A stretch of DNA of 64,000 nucleotides from an uncultured Clostridia bacterium (GTDB taxonomy: Bacteria; Bacillota; Clostridia; UBA1381), in the NCBI GenBank assembly GCA_934462945.1, contig CAKSJF010000002.1:3743-67742 (forward strand), in the 5' to 3' direction. The notes under the pieces were generated by a model, which did no database searches, was not told the origin of the DNA, and saw only the letters and a list, made by a program, of their open reading frames with translations. Shown here piece by piece: positions 18,048 through 26,916 of the stretch (its first letter is position 1; every line of letters starts with the position of its first letter). The position numbers and the translations under genes were made by a program.

Positions 18048-19250
18048 ATGACCAGGATATCCGAGTATATTATCCGTTCGGTACGGGCAGCAATTTGCCA
18101 GGAGCAGCTTTCTGCGCCGGAGGGGGATTTCTTGTGGGAGGAGTATTATCTGTGGTGCAAAAAAAACAGCGTTGCTAATGTTGTCTGGTATGCGTTAGCG
18201 GAGATTTCAGAACAGATTCCGCCTGAAATCTGTCAAAAGTTTTCCGAAGAACAGACAAGGGGAATCTTTGTGGATATGAAGCAGCAGGCAGAGATCGCAG
18301 TATTTTTTGCAGAGCTGGAAAAAGCGAAGCTTCCCTATATGCCCCTAAAAGGTTATTTCTTGAAACAGCGTTATCCGTCTCCGGATATGCGCTATATGTG
18401 CGATCTGGATGTGCTGATCCGGATGGAGCGTCATACTGAGTATGAGGAAATGTTAAAACGGCTGGGGTATACGTTTCTGAAAGAAAGTCCGCATGAGCTG
18501 ATTTATCAAAAGCCTCCGCTGATGAATGTGGAGCTGCATAAGAGTATTGTCCCGGATTATGAAACGGAATATTATGCGTATTATCATAATGGATGGAGCT
18601 TTGCAAAGCCTTGTCCGGACAGCTCCTGCTTTACTTTAGGGGAGGAGGATTTCCTTGTCTTTCTCATCATTCACCTGGCAAAGCACTATCGGCATGAGGG
18701 AATCGGCATCCGCCACTTTATCGACATTTACTTGTTTCGCAGACAGCTTTCGGAAAATTTTGATTATGATTATTTCAAACAACAGCTGTCAAAGCTTCGG
18801 ATGACAGAATTTTATCAGTCGGTCTGCGAACTGCTGGCGGTCTGGTTTGAGTATGCACCGGAAACGGAAAAAACAGAAATGATGACACGGTATATTATAC
18901 AAAGCGGAACAAACGGAGAATTGCAGACCCGAAATGCACATCAGAATTTCTATGAGCAGGAAACAGGGCAATCACGGAAAATGATTATTCTCAAAAAAAA
19001 TCTGCGGCTGATGTTTCCAACTCGGAAGCAGCTTGAAAAAAGCTTTCCGGCTTTAAAAAAATATCCGTTTCTCTATCCTGTTTTCAGCATTTACCGGCTG
19101 TTCCGCGGGCTGACGTTCCGGCAGGAACGCGCAAAGGAAATGCTGCATAAGACAAATGCCGGAAACTATTACGATTATGGGTCAATTAAAACACATTTTC
19201 AGGCGGTAGGTCTGTTAGAGGAAAAAAGAACAAAAGAAAGGTCTGAGTAA
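18048..19250 (+). CDS. Uncharacterised nucleotidyltransferase-family protein (NTP_transf_5-like)
   Basis: Motif PLKGYFLKQRYPSPDMRYMCDLDVLI. Start placed at the ATG at 18048, 6-7 nt after GAGGGGGG; the track starts at an upstream GTG. Confidence 0.7.
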   Translation: MTRISEYIIRSVRAAICQEQLSAPEGDFLWEEYYLWCKKNSVANVVWYALAEISEQIPPEICQKFSEEQTRGIFVDMKQQAEIAVFFAELEKAKLPYMPLKGYFLKQRYPSPDMRYMCDLDVLIRMERHTEYEEMLKRLGYTFLKESPHELIYQKPPLMNVELHKSIVPDYETEYYAYYHNGWSFAKPCPDSSCFTLGEEDFLVFLIIHLAKHYRHEGIGIRHFIDIYLFRRQLSENFDYDYFKQQLSKLRMTEFYQSVCELLAVWFEYAPETEKTEMMTRYIIQSGTNGELQTRNAHQNFYEQETGQSRKMIILKKNLRLMFPTRKQLEKSFPALKKYPFLYPVFSIYRLFRGLTFRQERAKEMLHKTNAGNYYDYGSIKTHFQAVGLLEEKRTKERSE

Positions 19251-19255
19251 GAAAC

Positions 19256-20293
19256 ATGTTTAAGAACAAAACGCTTTTAATTACAGGTGGAACGGGTTCA
19301 TTTGGAAATGCCGTTTTAAACCGCTTTTTGGATACGGATATCGGAGAAATCAGGATTTTTTCACGTGATGAGAAAAAACAGGACGATATGCGGCATACCT
19401 ATCAGGCGAAATACCCGGAGGCAAGCAATAAAATCAAGTTCTATATCGGAGATGTACGCGATTTGCAGAGTGTCCGGGATGCGATGCACGGAGTGGATTA
19501 CATCTTTCATGCAGCGGCATTAAAGCAAGTGCCATCCTGCGAGTTTTTCCCGGTGGAGGCAGTTAAAACCAACGTTTTAGGAACAGATCACGTTCTGACG
19601 GCGGCAATTGATGCCGGCGTAAAAAAGGTTATCTGCCTTTCGACCGATAAGGCGGCTTATCCGGTGAATGCGATGGGAACTTCCAAAGCGATGATGGAAA
19701 AGGTGGTGGTTGCAAAATCACGCACCACCGACAGCACAATGATCTGCTGCACACGCTATGGAAATGTGATGTGTTCCCGCGGTTCGGTAATTCCTCTCTT
19801 TATTGATCAGATTAAAGCAGGTCTGCCGCTTACGGTGACCGAGCCTGCCATGACGCGGTTTATCATGAGTCTGGAGGAGGCTGTGGAGCTGGTGCTTTTC
19901 GCATTCCAAAATGCAGAAAGCGGCGATATTATGGTGCAGAAAGCGCCTGCCTGCACCATTGAGGTTCTGGCACAGGCGGTATCGGAGCTGTTTGGTGCAA
20001 AAAATGAAATTAAGGTGATCGGCATCCGCCACGGTGAAAAAATGTATGAAACACTTCTGACCAATGAGGAATGCGCGCATGCCATCGATATGGGTGACTT
20101 TTACCGCGTTCCGGCAGACCGCCGGGGCTTAAACTATGATAAATATTTTAAGGACGGAGATAAAAACCGGAACACGCTTTCGGAGTTTAATTCCAATAAC
20201 ACAGAATTGTTGGATGTTGCAGCAGTAAAGGAAAAGCTGTTGTCGCTTTCTTATATCCGGGACGAGCTTGCAGCCTGGAAGCAATCAAAATAG
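19256..20293 (+). CDS. fnlA: UDP-N-acetylglucosamine 4,6-dehydratase/5-epimerase (FnlA/CapE/WbjB type)
   Basis: 345 aa. The N-terminus LLITGGTGSFGNAVLNRFLDTDIGEIRIFSRDEKKQDDMR is nearly the FnlA/Cap5E consensus as I recall it. Confidence 0.85.
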   Translation: MFKNKTLLITGGTGSFGNAVLNRFLDTDIGEIRIFSRDEKKQDDMRHTYQAKYPEASNKIKFYIGDVRDLQSVRDAMHGVDYIFHAAALKQVPSCEFFPVEAVKTNVLGTDHVLTAAIDAGVKKVICLSTDKAAYPVNAMGTSKAMMEKVVVAKSRTTDSTMICCTRYGNVMCSRGSVIPLFIDQIKAGLPLTVTEPAMTRFIMSLEEAVELVLFAFQNAESGDIMVQKAPACTIEVLAQAVSELFGAKNEIKVIGIRHGEKMYETLLTNEECAHAIDMGDFYRVPADRRGLNYDKYFKDGDKNRNTLSEFNSNNTELLDVAAVKEKLLSLSYIRDELAAWKQSK

Positions 20294-20308
20294 AAAAGAG
20301 GAAAAGGC

Positions 20309-21451
20309 ATGAACATACTGATTACCGGCGCAAACGGGTTTGTAGGAAAAAATCTGACGGCGCGGCTGGAGAATATCCGGGATAAAAAAGATCAAACAAT
20401 CGATTTGGGAGAGGATTTGCAGATTCTTCCCTATGATCTGGACACCCCTCCGGAAAAATTTTCGGAATACTGCGAAAAAGCGGATTTTGTATTCCATTTA
20501 GCAGGGGTAAACCGCCCGAAGGACGCAAAGGAATTTATGGAAGGCAATTTTGGATTTACTTCCACCCTGCTGGACTGCTTAAAGCGGCATCACAATCAAG
20601 CGCCGATCCTGATTACCTCCTCGATTCAGGCAGAACGGGATAACGATTACGGCAAAAGCAAAAAGGCAGGGGAGGATCTGATTTTTGCTTACGGAAAAGA
20701 AAACGGAGTAAAAACCTGTGTTTACCGTCTGCCAAATGTGTTCGGAAAATGGTGCAGACCGAATTATAACAGCGCCGTGGCAACCTTTTGCTATAATATT
20801 GCACACGATCTGGAAATCACCGTCAACGATCCGTCAGTTATCATGAATCTGGTTTATATTGATGATGTGGTGCAGGAGTTTTTGCAAGCGTTAAAGGGCA
20901 AAGAAAATAAGCAGGGAGATTTCTGTGCGATTCCGGTGGTACATACCATTCCGCTTGGAGAAATTGCAAAGCTTTTATATGCTTTCCGGGAAAGCAGAAA
21001 GAATTTATCCGTGCCGGATATGTCGGACGCATTTACGAAAAAGCTTTACAGTACTTATCTTTCCTATCTGCCGGAGCAGGAATTTTCCTATCCGCTGACA
21101 ACGCATGAGGACGCGCGCGGCTCGTTTACCGAGATTCTCAGAACTGCCGACCGCGGACAGTTTTCCGTGAATATTTCAAAGCCTGGTATAACTAAAGGAA
21201 ATCACTGGCACGATACGAAAAATGAAAAATTCCTGGTGGTCAGCGGTAAAGGCGTGATCCGTTTCCGGAAGATCGGATCATCTGAGATTTTAGAGTACTA
21301 TGTCAGCGGTGAAAAGCTGGAGGTGGTGGATATTCCGGTGGGATATACACATTCCATAGAAAATTTAGGGGATACCGACATGGTAACCTTTATGTGGTGT
21401 AATGAATGCTTTGATCCGGATAAGCCGGACACATTTTTCTTAGAGGTTTAA
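20309..21451 (+). CDS. fnlB: UDP-2-acetamido-2,6-dideoxy-L-talose reductase (FnlB/CapF/WbjC type), SDR domain plus C-terminal cupin
   Basis: 380 aa. ILITGANGFVGKNL Rossmann motif, cupin-like C-terminus, and position between fnlA and fnlC. Confidence 0.8.
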   Translation: MNILITGANGFVGKNLTARLENIRDKKDQTIDLGEDLQILPYDLDTPPEKFSEYCEKADFVFHLAGVNRPKDAKEFMEGNFGFTSTLLDCLKRHHNQAPILITSSIQAERDNDYGKSKKAGEDLIFAYGKENGVKTCVYRLPNVFGKWCRPNYNSAVATFCYNIAHDLEITVNDPSVIMNLVYIDDVVQEFLQALKGKENKQGDFCAIPVVHTIPLGEIAKLLYAFRESRKNLSVPDMSDAFTKKLYSTYLSYLPEQEFSYPLTTHEDARGSFTEILRTADRGQFSVNISKPGITKGNHWHDTKNEKFLVVSGKGVIRFRKIGSSEILEYYVSGEKLEVVDIPVGYTHSIENLGDTDMVTFMWCNECFDPDKPDTFFLEV

Positions 21452-21492
21452 TCATACAGTTTGTGCCGCTTTGCGGCAGAATGGGGGTACAT

Positions 21493-22635
21493 ATGAAGAA
21501 ATTAAAATTAATGACCATTATCGGAACGCGTCCGGAGATTATCCGGCTTTCCGCCTGCATTAAGGCATGCGACAAGTATTTTGATCATGTCCTTGTGCAT
21601 ACCGGACAAAATTATGACTACACATTAAATCAAGTGTTTTTTGACGATTTAGGACTTCGCGCTCCGGATTATTATTTAGAGAGTGTCGGAAAAAATCTGG
21701 GCGAGACGATCGGAAATATCATCGCAAAGTCCTATGAGCTGATGTGCGAGGTGAAGCCGGATGCGGTGCTGGTTTTGGGAGATACAAATTCCTGCCTTTC
21801 TGTGATTGGCGCAAAAAGACTGCATATCCCGATTTTCCATATGGAGGCAGGTAACCGCTGCTTTGACGAGTGCCTGCCGGAGGAAACAAACCGCAGAATT
21901 GTGGACGTGACAGCGGATGTGAATTTGTGCTATTCCGAGCATGCCAGAAGATATTTAAACGCTGCCGGTGTTCCAAGAGAGAGAACCTATGTGGTCGGTT
22001 CGCCGATGGCAGAGGTACTGCATAATAATTTAAAAGAAATTCAGCAAAGTGATATTCTAAAACGGCTGGGACTGGAAAAGAAAAAATACATTCTGCTTTC
22101 TGCGCACAGGGAAGAAAATATCGATAATGAAGATAACTTCTTCCATTTGATGAATTCGATCAATGCCATGGCAGAAAAATATGATATGCCGATTCTTTAT
22201 TCCTGCCATCCGCGGAGCAAGAAATTTATTGAACAAAGACAGTTTACCTTTGATCCAAGGGTAATCCGTCATGAGCCGTTAGGATTCCACGATTATAACA
22301 ATTTGCAGATGAATGCATTCTGCGTGGTATCAGACAGCGGAACGCTGCCGGAGGAATCCAGTTTCTTTCTCTCTGTCGGAAATCCGTTTCCGGCAGTATG
22401 CATCCGCACCAGCACAGAACGCCCGGAGGCAATGGACAAGGGAAACTTCATTCTTGCAGGTATCACGGGAGAACAGGTGTTGCAGGCGGCAGAAATTGCG
22501 ATTGCGATGAATGATAATGAGGATTTCGGAATCCCTGTTCCGAATTATGTGGATGAAAATGTTTCGGTGAAAGTTGTTAAGCTGATCCAGAGCTATACCG
22601 GCATTGTAGATCGGATGGTCTGGAGAAAATATTGA
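21493..22635 (+). CDS. fnlC: UDP-N-acetylglucosamine 2-epimerase, non-hydrolysing (FnlC/CapG/WbjD type)
   Basis: MKKLKLMTIIGTRPEIIRL... is a typical WecB-family start. Start moved to the ATG at 21493 after GGGGG. Confidence 0.85.
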   Translation: MKKLKLMTIIGTRPEIIRLSACIKACDKYFDHVLVHTGQNYDYTLNQVFFDDLGLRAPDYYLESVGKNLGETIGNIIAKSYELMCEVKPDAVLVLGDTNSCLSVIGAKRLHIPIFHMEAGNRCFDECLPEETNRRIVDVTADVNLCYSEHARRYLNAAGVPRERTYVVGSPMAEVLHNNLKEIQQSDILKRLGLEKKKYILLSAHREENIDNEDNFFHLMNSINAMAEKYDMPILYSCHPRSKKFIEQRQFTFDPRVIRHEPLGFHDYNNLQMNAFCVVSDSGTLPEESSFFLSVGNPFPAVCIRTSTERPEAMDKGNFILAGITGEQVLQAAEIAIAMNDNEDFGIPVPNYVDENVSVKVVKLIQSYTGIVDRMVWRKY

Positions 22636-22653
22636 TTTGAGGAGGAGTTTTGT

Positions 22654-24762
22654 ATGAGGAAAAAGGCTTTGTGCGCTGCACTTGCCGCAGCAATGCTCCC
22701 GACGTTTGGAGTATGGGCGCAAACCGGAGAAAAAGAGATCCGGGTTTCTTATAACGATATTAAGCTTTATATCAATGAGGAGCGGGTTACTCTGACCGAC
22801 CCGAGCGGAGCAATTGTGGAACCGTTTATTTATGAGGGGACAACTTATCTGCCGCTGCGGTCGGTGGCAGAAAGTCTGGATAAAAATGTTGACTGGGATG
22901 GGGAAAAGAACCTTGTCAGCCTGACAGACGGCGTAGAAAAAAAGGAAATTTCCAAAAAGGAATATACGCCGGAAATTGCAGAAAAAACGATCACAGTTAG
23001 CTATCGGAATATTGCCGTATCACTAAACGGAGAGACGCTCACGCTAAAAACGGCAGATCAGAAGCCGGCAGAACCGTTTATCTACGAGGGGACAACCTAC
23101 CTGCCGCTGCGCGCCGTTGCAGAGGCAACCTCTGCAGAGGTTGATTGGGATGGTGAGACAAAAAGTATTTATCTGACGGCAGGAGCAGAAGAACCGGTAA
23201 AAGAAGTATCGGATTATGACCTCTCCGCCGGATCAGACTGGACGGCGGAGCGGGCAGAAAGCTATGGCTATGTACTGGATTTGGATGCACAGCCGGGATT
23301 TGTGAAGCTTGCAGAGTACCATGGAACGGAGAAGAATGTTTTAATTCCTTCCAAAATTGACGGAAAAACCGTTTATGTTGAGGGAGGAAAGGATGCAGAG
23401 GAATCAAAGCTTTTCTGGGGCAATGAAACGATTGAATCGGTGTCCTTTGAAGAGGGCGTGAAAGCAGGTTGGCTTACGAACATTCTGCGGAATTGTCCGA
23501 AACTGAAAGCAGTTTACAATCTGCCGCACAGCACACAGGGCGCAGCAGCGTTCTATAGCTGTAAGGAGCTTTCTTATGTAGACGGTGATTTTAGCGGTTT
23601 TATCTCTGTTTCTTCGATGTTTGGCAATTGTTTGAAGATGAAAATGGTTCCGAGCGTGGGGATGGACGTTACCTCCATTGCAAGCGTATACGTAAACTGC
23701 AAGGAGCTGTCCGGGGATATTTATTGCGAGGCGCCATCCGTGACCTCGGTGAAAAATGCGTTTCAAGGAACGGAAAAGCCGATTCTTTTCCATGTTCCGT
23801 ACCCGTCTGTTACCTATGATTCCTTAATGGCGGAGGAGATTCCGGAAAATGTAACGATTGTTCCGGAGGAATCGTGGTATGCATACCTGCCAAAGGAGAT
23901 CAATGTGGCATCGTATACCACACTGGAGCTTTATAATAAAAATATTATGCCAAAGGCAGAGGAATATGAGTTCCAATGGGATTGCGAGGCGGGAACAGCG
24001 TCGCAGACAAAATACACGATTGAAGGAACGGAAGAAAAGGCAGGCGCATATCCGCTTACTTTGACCGTTTCCAAGGATGGAACGGTTGTGTTTACAGTAT
24101 CTTCGACGGTTAATATCGTTTCTACAAAGAATTTGAACAAGGGACTGTCTGTTGTGACGATTGGCGATGGCTATGCGCTCCGAAAGGAGTGGAAAACGCG
24201 TATCGGACGTTATAATGAAAGAGCGCGCCTTGTTGGTACGAGATCGGGCAGTCATGAGGGGCGGTATGGTGCAAAGACAAACTATTATTTAAGTCAGTTT
24301 GATTATAAGAGTGATACCACTGGGATTTCAAATGAAAACCCATTCTTTAATCCGGCAACAGAACGGTTTGACTGGAATTTCTATAAGCAGTATTCCGGCT
24401 TGTCGGTGGGAAATGCACAGCTGATGTTTGAAAAAGCACCGAATTTGTCGGTTTATAATGCGGTGCAGGATTACAGAACTATGACAGATGCTGTGCATGA
24501 GGCAGATGCGAATGCCAAGGTGTTTATCTGCCTGCCGTTTAACGTTCCGACCTGGAGCGAGGTTAACCGGCTCAGAAACCTTGCGTTTGTGCAGGCGCTT
24601 TCTGCGGAATTTGAGGATGAGGAAAATGTTTATTTGATTCCGCTTTACTTAACCTATAATGATGACCTGTACGATCCGCGTTCAAAAGCAAATCCGAATG
24701 AGGATGGCTTTAACCAGATCGGAGATTGTATCTATGGAACATATATGGAGTCAATCCAATAA
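22654..24762 (+). CDS. Secreted multidomain protein: two copper-amine-oxidase-N-like stalk domains, DUF285/BspA-type LRRs, and a C-terminal SGNH-like domain with substituted catalytic positions
   Basis: 702 aa with a signal peptide. Duplicated EPFIYEGTTYLPLR.VAE....VDWDGE stalk repeats. MFGNC../VYVNCKEL/FYSCKEL repeats. C-terminal VVTIGDGY ... ANPNEDGFNQIGD. Confidence 0.75.
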   Translation: MRKKALCAALAAAMLPTFGVWAQTGEKEIRVSYNDIKLYINEERVTLTDPSGAIVEPFIYEGTTYLPLRSVAESLDKNVDWDGEKNLVSLTDGVEKKEISKKEYTPEIAEKTITVSYRNIAVSLNGETLTLKTADQKPAEPFIYEGTTYLPLRAVAEATSAEVDWDGETKSIYLTAGAEEPVKEVSDYDLSAGSDWTAERAESYGYVLDLDAQPGFVKLAEYHGTEKNVLIPSKIDGKTVYVEGGKDAEESKLFWGNETIESVSFEEGVKAGWLTNILRNCPKLKAVYNLPHSTQGAAAFYSCKELSYVDGDFSGFISVSSMFGNCLKMKMVPSVGMDVTSIASVYVNCKELSGDIYCEAPSVTSVKNAFQGTEKPILFHVPYPSVTYDSLMAEEIPENVTIVPEESWYAYLPKEINVASYTTLELYNKNIMPKAEEYEFQWDCEAGTASQTKYTIEGTEEKAGAYPLTLTVSKDGTVVFTVSSTVNIVSTKNLNKGLSVVTIGDGYALRKEWKTRIGRYNERARLVGTRSGSHEGRYGAKTNYYLSQFDYKSDTTGISNENPFFNPATERFDWNFYKQYSGLSVGNAQLMFEKAPNLSVYNAVQDYRTMTDAVHEADANAKVFICLPFNVPTWSEVNRLRNLAFVQALSAEFEDEENVYLIPLYLTYNDDLYDPRSKANPNEDGFNQIGDCIYGTYMESIQ

Positions 24763-24768
24763 AAATTT

Positions 24769-24960
24769 GGGATGTCAAAAAAGGCACAGACCGTTCAAGG
24801 GCTAAATAGCTTGAAGATAGATTATTTCGGTTGAAATCCGCAGTTTTGCGGATTTCCTATCATTGCTGCCCTTGAACTACGCTTCAAACGCGCCGCTCGG
24901 AGTACGCCAGTACGCCGTCGGGCGCGTTTGAGGCGTTCTGCACTCTTTTTTTACCTCCCT
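24769..24960. repeat. Nested palindromic element between convergent genes (long form of the 47822..47867 hairpin)
   Basis: The ends GGGATGTCAAAAAAGGCA ... TTCTGCACTCTTTTTTTACCTCCC match the short hairpin at 47822. The ~145-bp interior has three further inverted repeats: GTTCAAGGGC/GCCCTTGAAC, GAAATCCGCA/TGCGGATTTC and CAAACGCGCC/GGCGCGTTTG. Confidence 0.7.
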
Positions 24961-24970
24961 CAAAAAAAAT

Positions 24971-25882
24971 TTATAATTCTTTTGTCTTTTTCTGTATCTC
25001 TTTTCGCCGCAGACTAAATTCTGAAATTCCAATTCCTAAAAGCGTTACTGCCATTCCGAGCAAAGCTTCTTTTCCAACTGCATTTTGATTGTACAGTGCC
25101 TGACCGACTAAGGTGATCAGCGGCATAATAAAGAGATATTTGCTTGTAGTGGTTGCGCCGAGCTTTTCCACGGATTGATTCCATCCGGCAAAGCAGATTG
25201 CAGATGCAAAAACGCCCAGGAAAATTAAATGGAACAGACTTTCTTTTGCGAAGAAAGCAGACAGCGGACAGGGAGTTTTCCGAAACAGCATAAAGGGCAG
25301 CATGCAGAGCAGACTGTATAAAAACAGTCTCCGTGTCTGTTGCAGCTGATGAAATCCGAATTTCGCTATTTTTTTCACCAGGACAGAATATACTGCCCAG
25401 AGCCAGATACTTCCTAAAATAATCAGATCTCCTGTAATACCGGTTTCTACGGTTTTTGAATCGCCGAAACAGATAAAAAAGACGCCCAACAGGGAAACGA
25501 GCATACCGATGATGGTTTTTGCGGTTACTTTTTCTCCTAAAAACCGGTGTGCTAAAAGTGCGGTAAAAATCGGAGCAGTTGCGGCAATAAAAGAAACGCT
25601 TGCCGGACTGGTGTAGGAAACAGAAAGGTTTTCTAAGTACTGATACACCGCCGCACCAGAGAGAGCCGCGGCAAAAAGAAAGCCCTCCTTTTTCCAACCC
25701 TGAAAGAAAAACGGTTTTGGGTATAGCGCCCATAACACAACATAGGCAATCAGATAGCGTGCAAATAGAATTTCTAAAGAGGAAAGGTGACTTCCCAAGG
25801 ATTTGGTACTCAAAAAGGTGAGTCCCCAGATAAAGATTGTCATAAACGCAAGTAAATGCTCGCGCAGCCGTGTTTTGCTCAT
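24971..25882 (-). CDS. EamA/DMT-family transporter
   Basis: Ten-helix-type hydrophobic profile with a duplicated EamA pattern. Start set at the ATG at 25882 (MSKTRLREHL...), 6 nt after AGAGGAA. Confidence 0.8.
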   Translation of the reverse strand: MSKTRLREHLLAFMTIFIWGLTFLSTKSLGSHLSSLEILFARYLIAYVVLWALYPKPFFFQGWKKEGFLFAAALSGAAVYQYLENLSVSYTSPASVSFIAATAPIFTALLAHRFLGEKVTAKTIIGMLVSLLGVFFICFGDSKTVETGITGDLIILGSIWLWAVYSVLVKKIAKFGFHQLQQTRRLFLYSLLCMLPFMLFRKTPCPLSAFFAKESLFHLIFLGVFASAICFAGWNQSVEKLGATTTSKYLFIMPLITLVGQALYNQNAVGKEALLGMAVTLLGIGISEFSLRRKEIQKKTKEL

Positions 25883-26015
25883 TGGCATTCCTCTTTTCAT
25901 ATGATCTTTACAATATTCTAACACAAAAAGCTGTCAAATGCAATCTTCTATGAAAAAAAGCAGAAAACAGTATTTTTACTCTGCCCATACGCTGTACAAA
26001 AAGCAGCAAAATAAG

Positions 26016-26044
26016 TTGACATTTTGTTTTAAATTATGTATAAT
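26016..26044 (+). promoter_or_regulatory. Promoter of the small membrane protein gene
   Basis: TTGACA, 17-nt spacer, TATAAT with an extended TG. Confidence 0.55.
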
Positions 26045-26082
26045 ATCAGTGAGATGATTTTTCAGATAAAGGGTGTGCAGAT

Positions 26083-26286
26083 ATGTATATTTTGATCGGA
26101 ATTATTTTTATCATAGTAAGCATTGTTATGCTGATCAGTCCTGGCACAATATTTCAAATATCTGAAAGCTGGAAAGGCAGATATGAGCAGGAACCGTCAG
26201 ATTTATATTGCGCCAGCACAAGAGTGGCAGGAGCCTTTTTTCTGATCGTCGGACTTGCAAGCGTGATTATATTATTGTTGAATTAA
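26083..26286 (+). CDS. Small two-helix membrane protein of unknown function
   Basis: 67 aa. Two hydrophobic helices flank ISESWKGRYEQEPSD. It has its own consensus promoter and terminator. Confidence 0.6.
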   Translation: MYILIGIIFIIVSIVMLISPGTIFQISESWKGRYEQEPSDLYCASTRVAGAFFLIVGLASVIILLLN

Positions 26287-26290
26287 ATAT

Positions 26291-26328
26291 AAAAAAGAGT
26301 TGTTATTGCATGGTAACAACTCTTTTTT
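26291..26328. terminator. Bidirectional terminator
   Basis: AAAAAAGAGTTGTTA ... TAACAACTCTTTTTT between convergent genes. Confidence 0.75.
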
Positions 26329-26339
26329 AATCGGTGAAA

Positions 26340-26879
26340 TTAATAATTTTCTGCCTTTACCTGGAAATATGCCTGCTCATGCTTGCAGACCGGGCAGACG
26401 GCAGGAGCGCCTTTTCCGAACACCAGATGTCCGCAGTTGCGGCAGATCCAGACAGTGTCGCCCTCCTTGGAAAATACCAGACCCTGCGCCAGGTTGCCAA
26501 TTAACTTTTGGAAACGCTTTTCATGTTCCTGCTCGATTTTTGCCACCATGTCAAACAGGACTGCAATGTGGTCAAATCCTTCTGCACGCGCTTCCTCTGC
26601 AAATTGGGGGTACATGTCGCTCCACTCATAATGCTCCCCTCCGGCAGCGTCCTTTAAGGCATTTTCCGTATTCGGAATCCCGTTGTGCAATAACTTTAAC
26701 CAGATTTCAGCATGGGCGCGTTCATTTTCTGCGGTTTCAGAAAAAATCGCGCCAATCTGCTGATACCCATCCTTTTTCGCCTTTTCTGCATAAATTGTGT
26801 ACTTTGTCCGCGCCTGACTTTCTCCGGCATATGCCGCCATCAGGTTTGCCTCTGTTCTTGATCCTTTTAAATCCTTCAC
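26340..26879 (-). CDS. rbr: Rubrerythrin
   Basis: Diiron ferritin-like motifs (ESQARTKY, AENERAHAEIW, GEHYEW, IEQEHEKRF) and a C-terminal rubredoxin CRNCG...CPVC. Start set at the GTG at 26879, 7 nt after AAGGAGG. The longer track ORF would overlap the upstream gene. Confidence 0.9.
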   Translation of the reverse strand: MKDLKGSRTEANLMAAYAGESQARTKYTIYAEKAKKDGYQQIGAIFSETAENERAHAEIWLKLLHNGIPNTENALKDAAGGEHYEWSDMYPQFAEEARAEGFDHIAVLFDMVAKIEQEHEKRFQKLIGNLAQGLVFSKEGDTVWICRNCGHLVFGKGAPAVCPVCKHEQAYFQVKAENY

Positions 26880-26916
26880 GGTAAAACCTCCTTTTTTGGA
26901 AGTATTCCCATAAATT

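Noticed and set aside
25014-25733. 239-aa alternative-frame ORF within the EamA transporter gene
   Set aside because: It lies on the same strand in a different frame. Its translation is Arg/Ser-rich and non-membrane-like, whereas the annotated frame gives a coherent ten-helix transporter.
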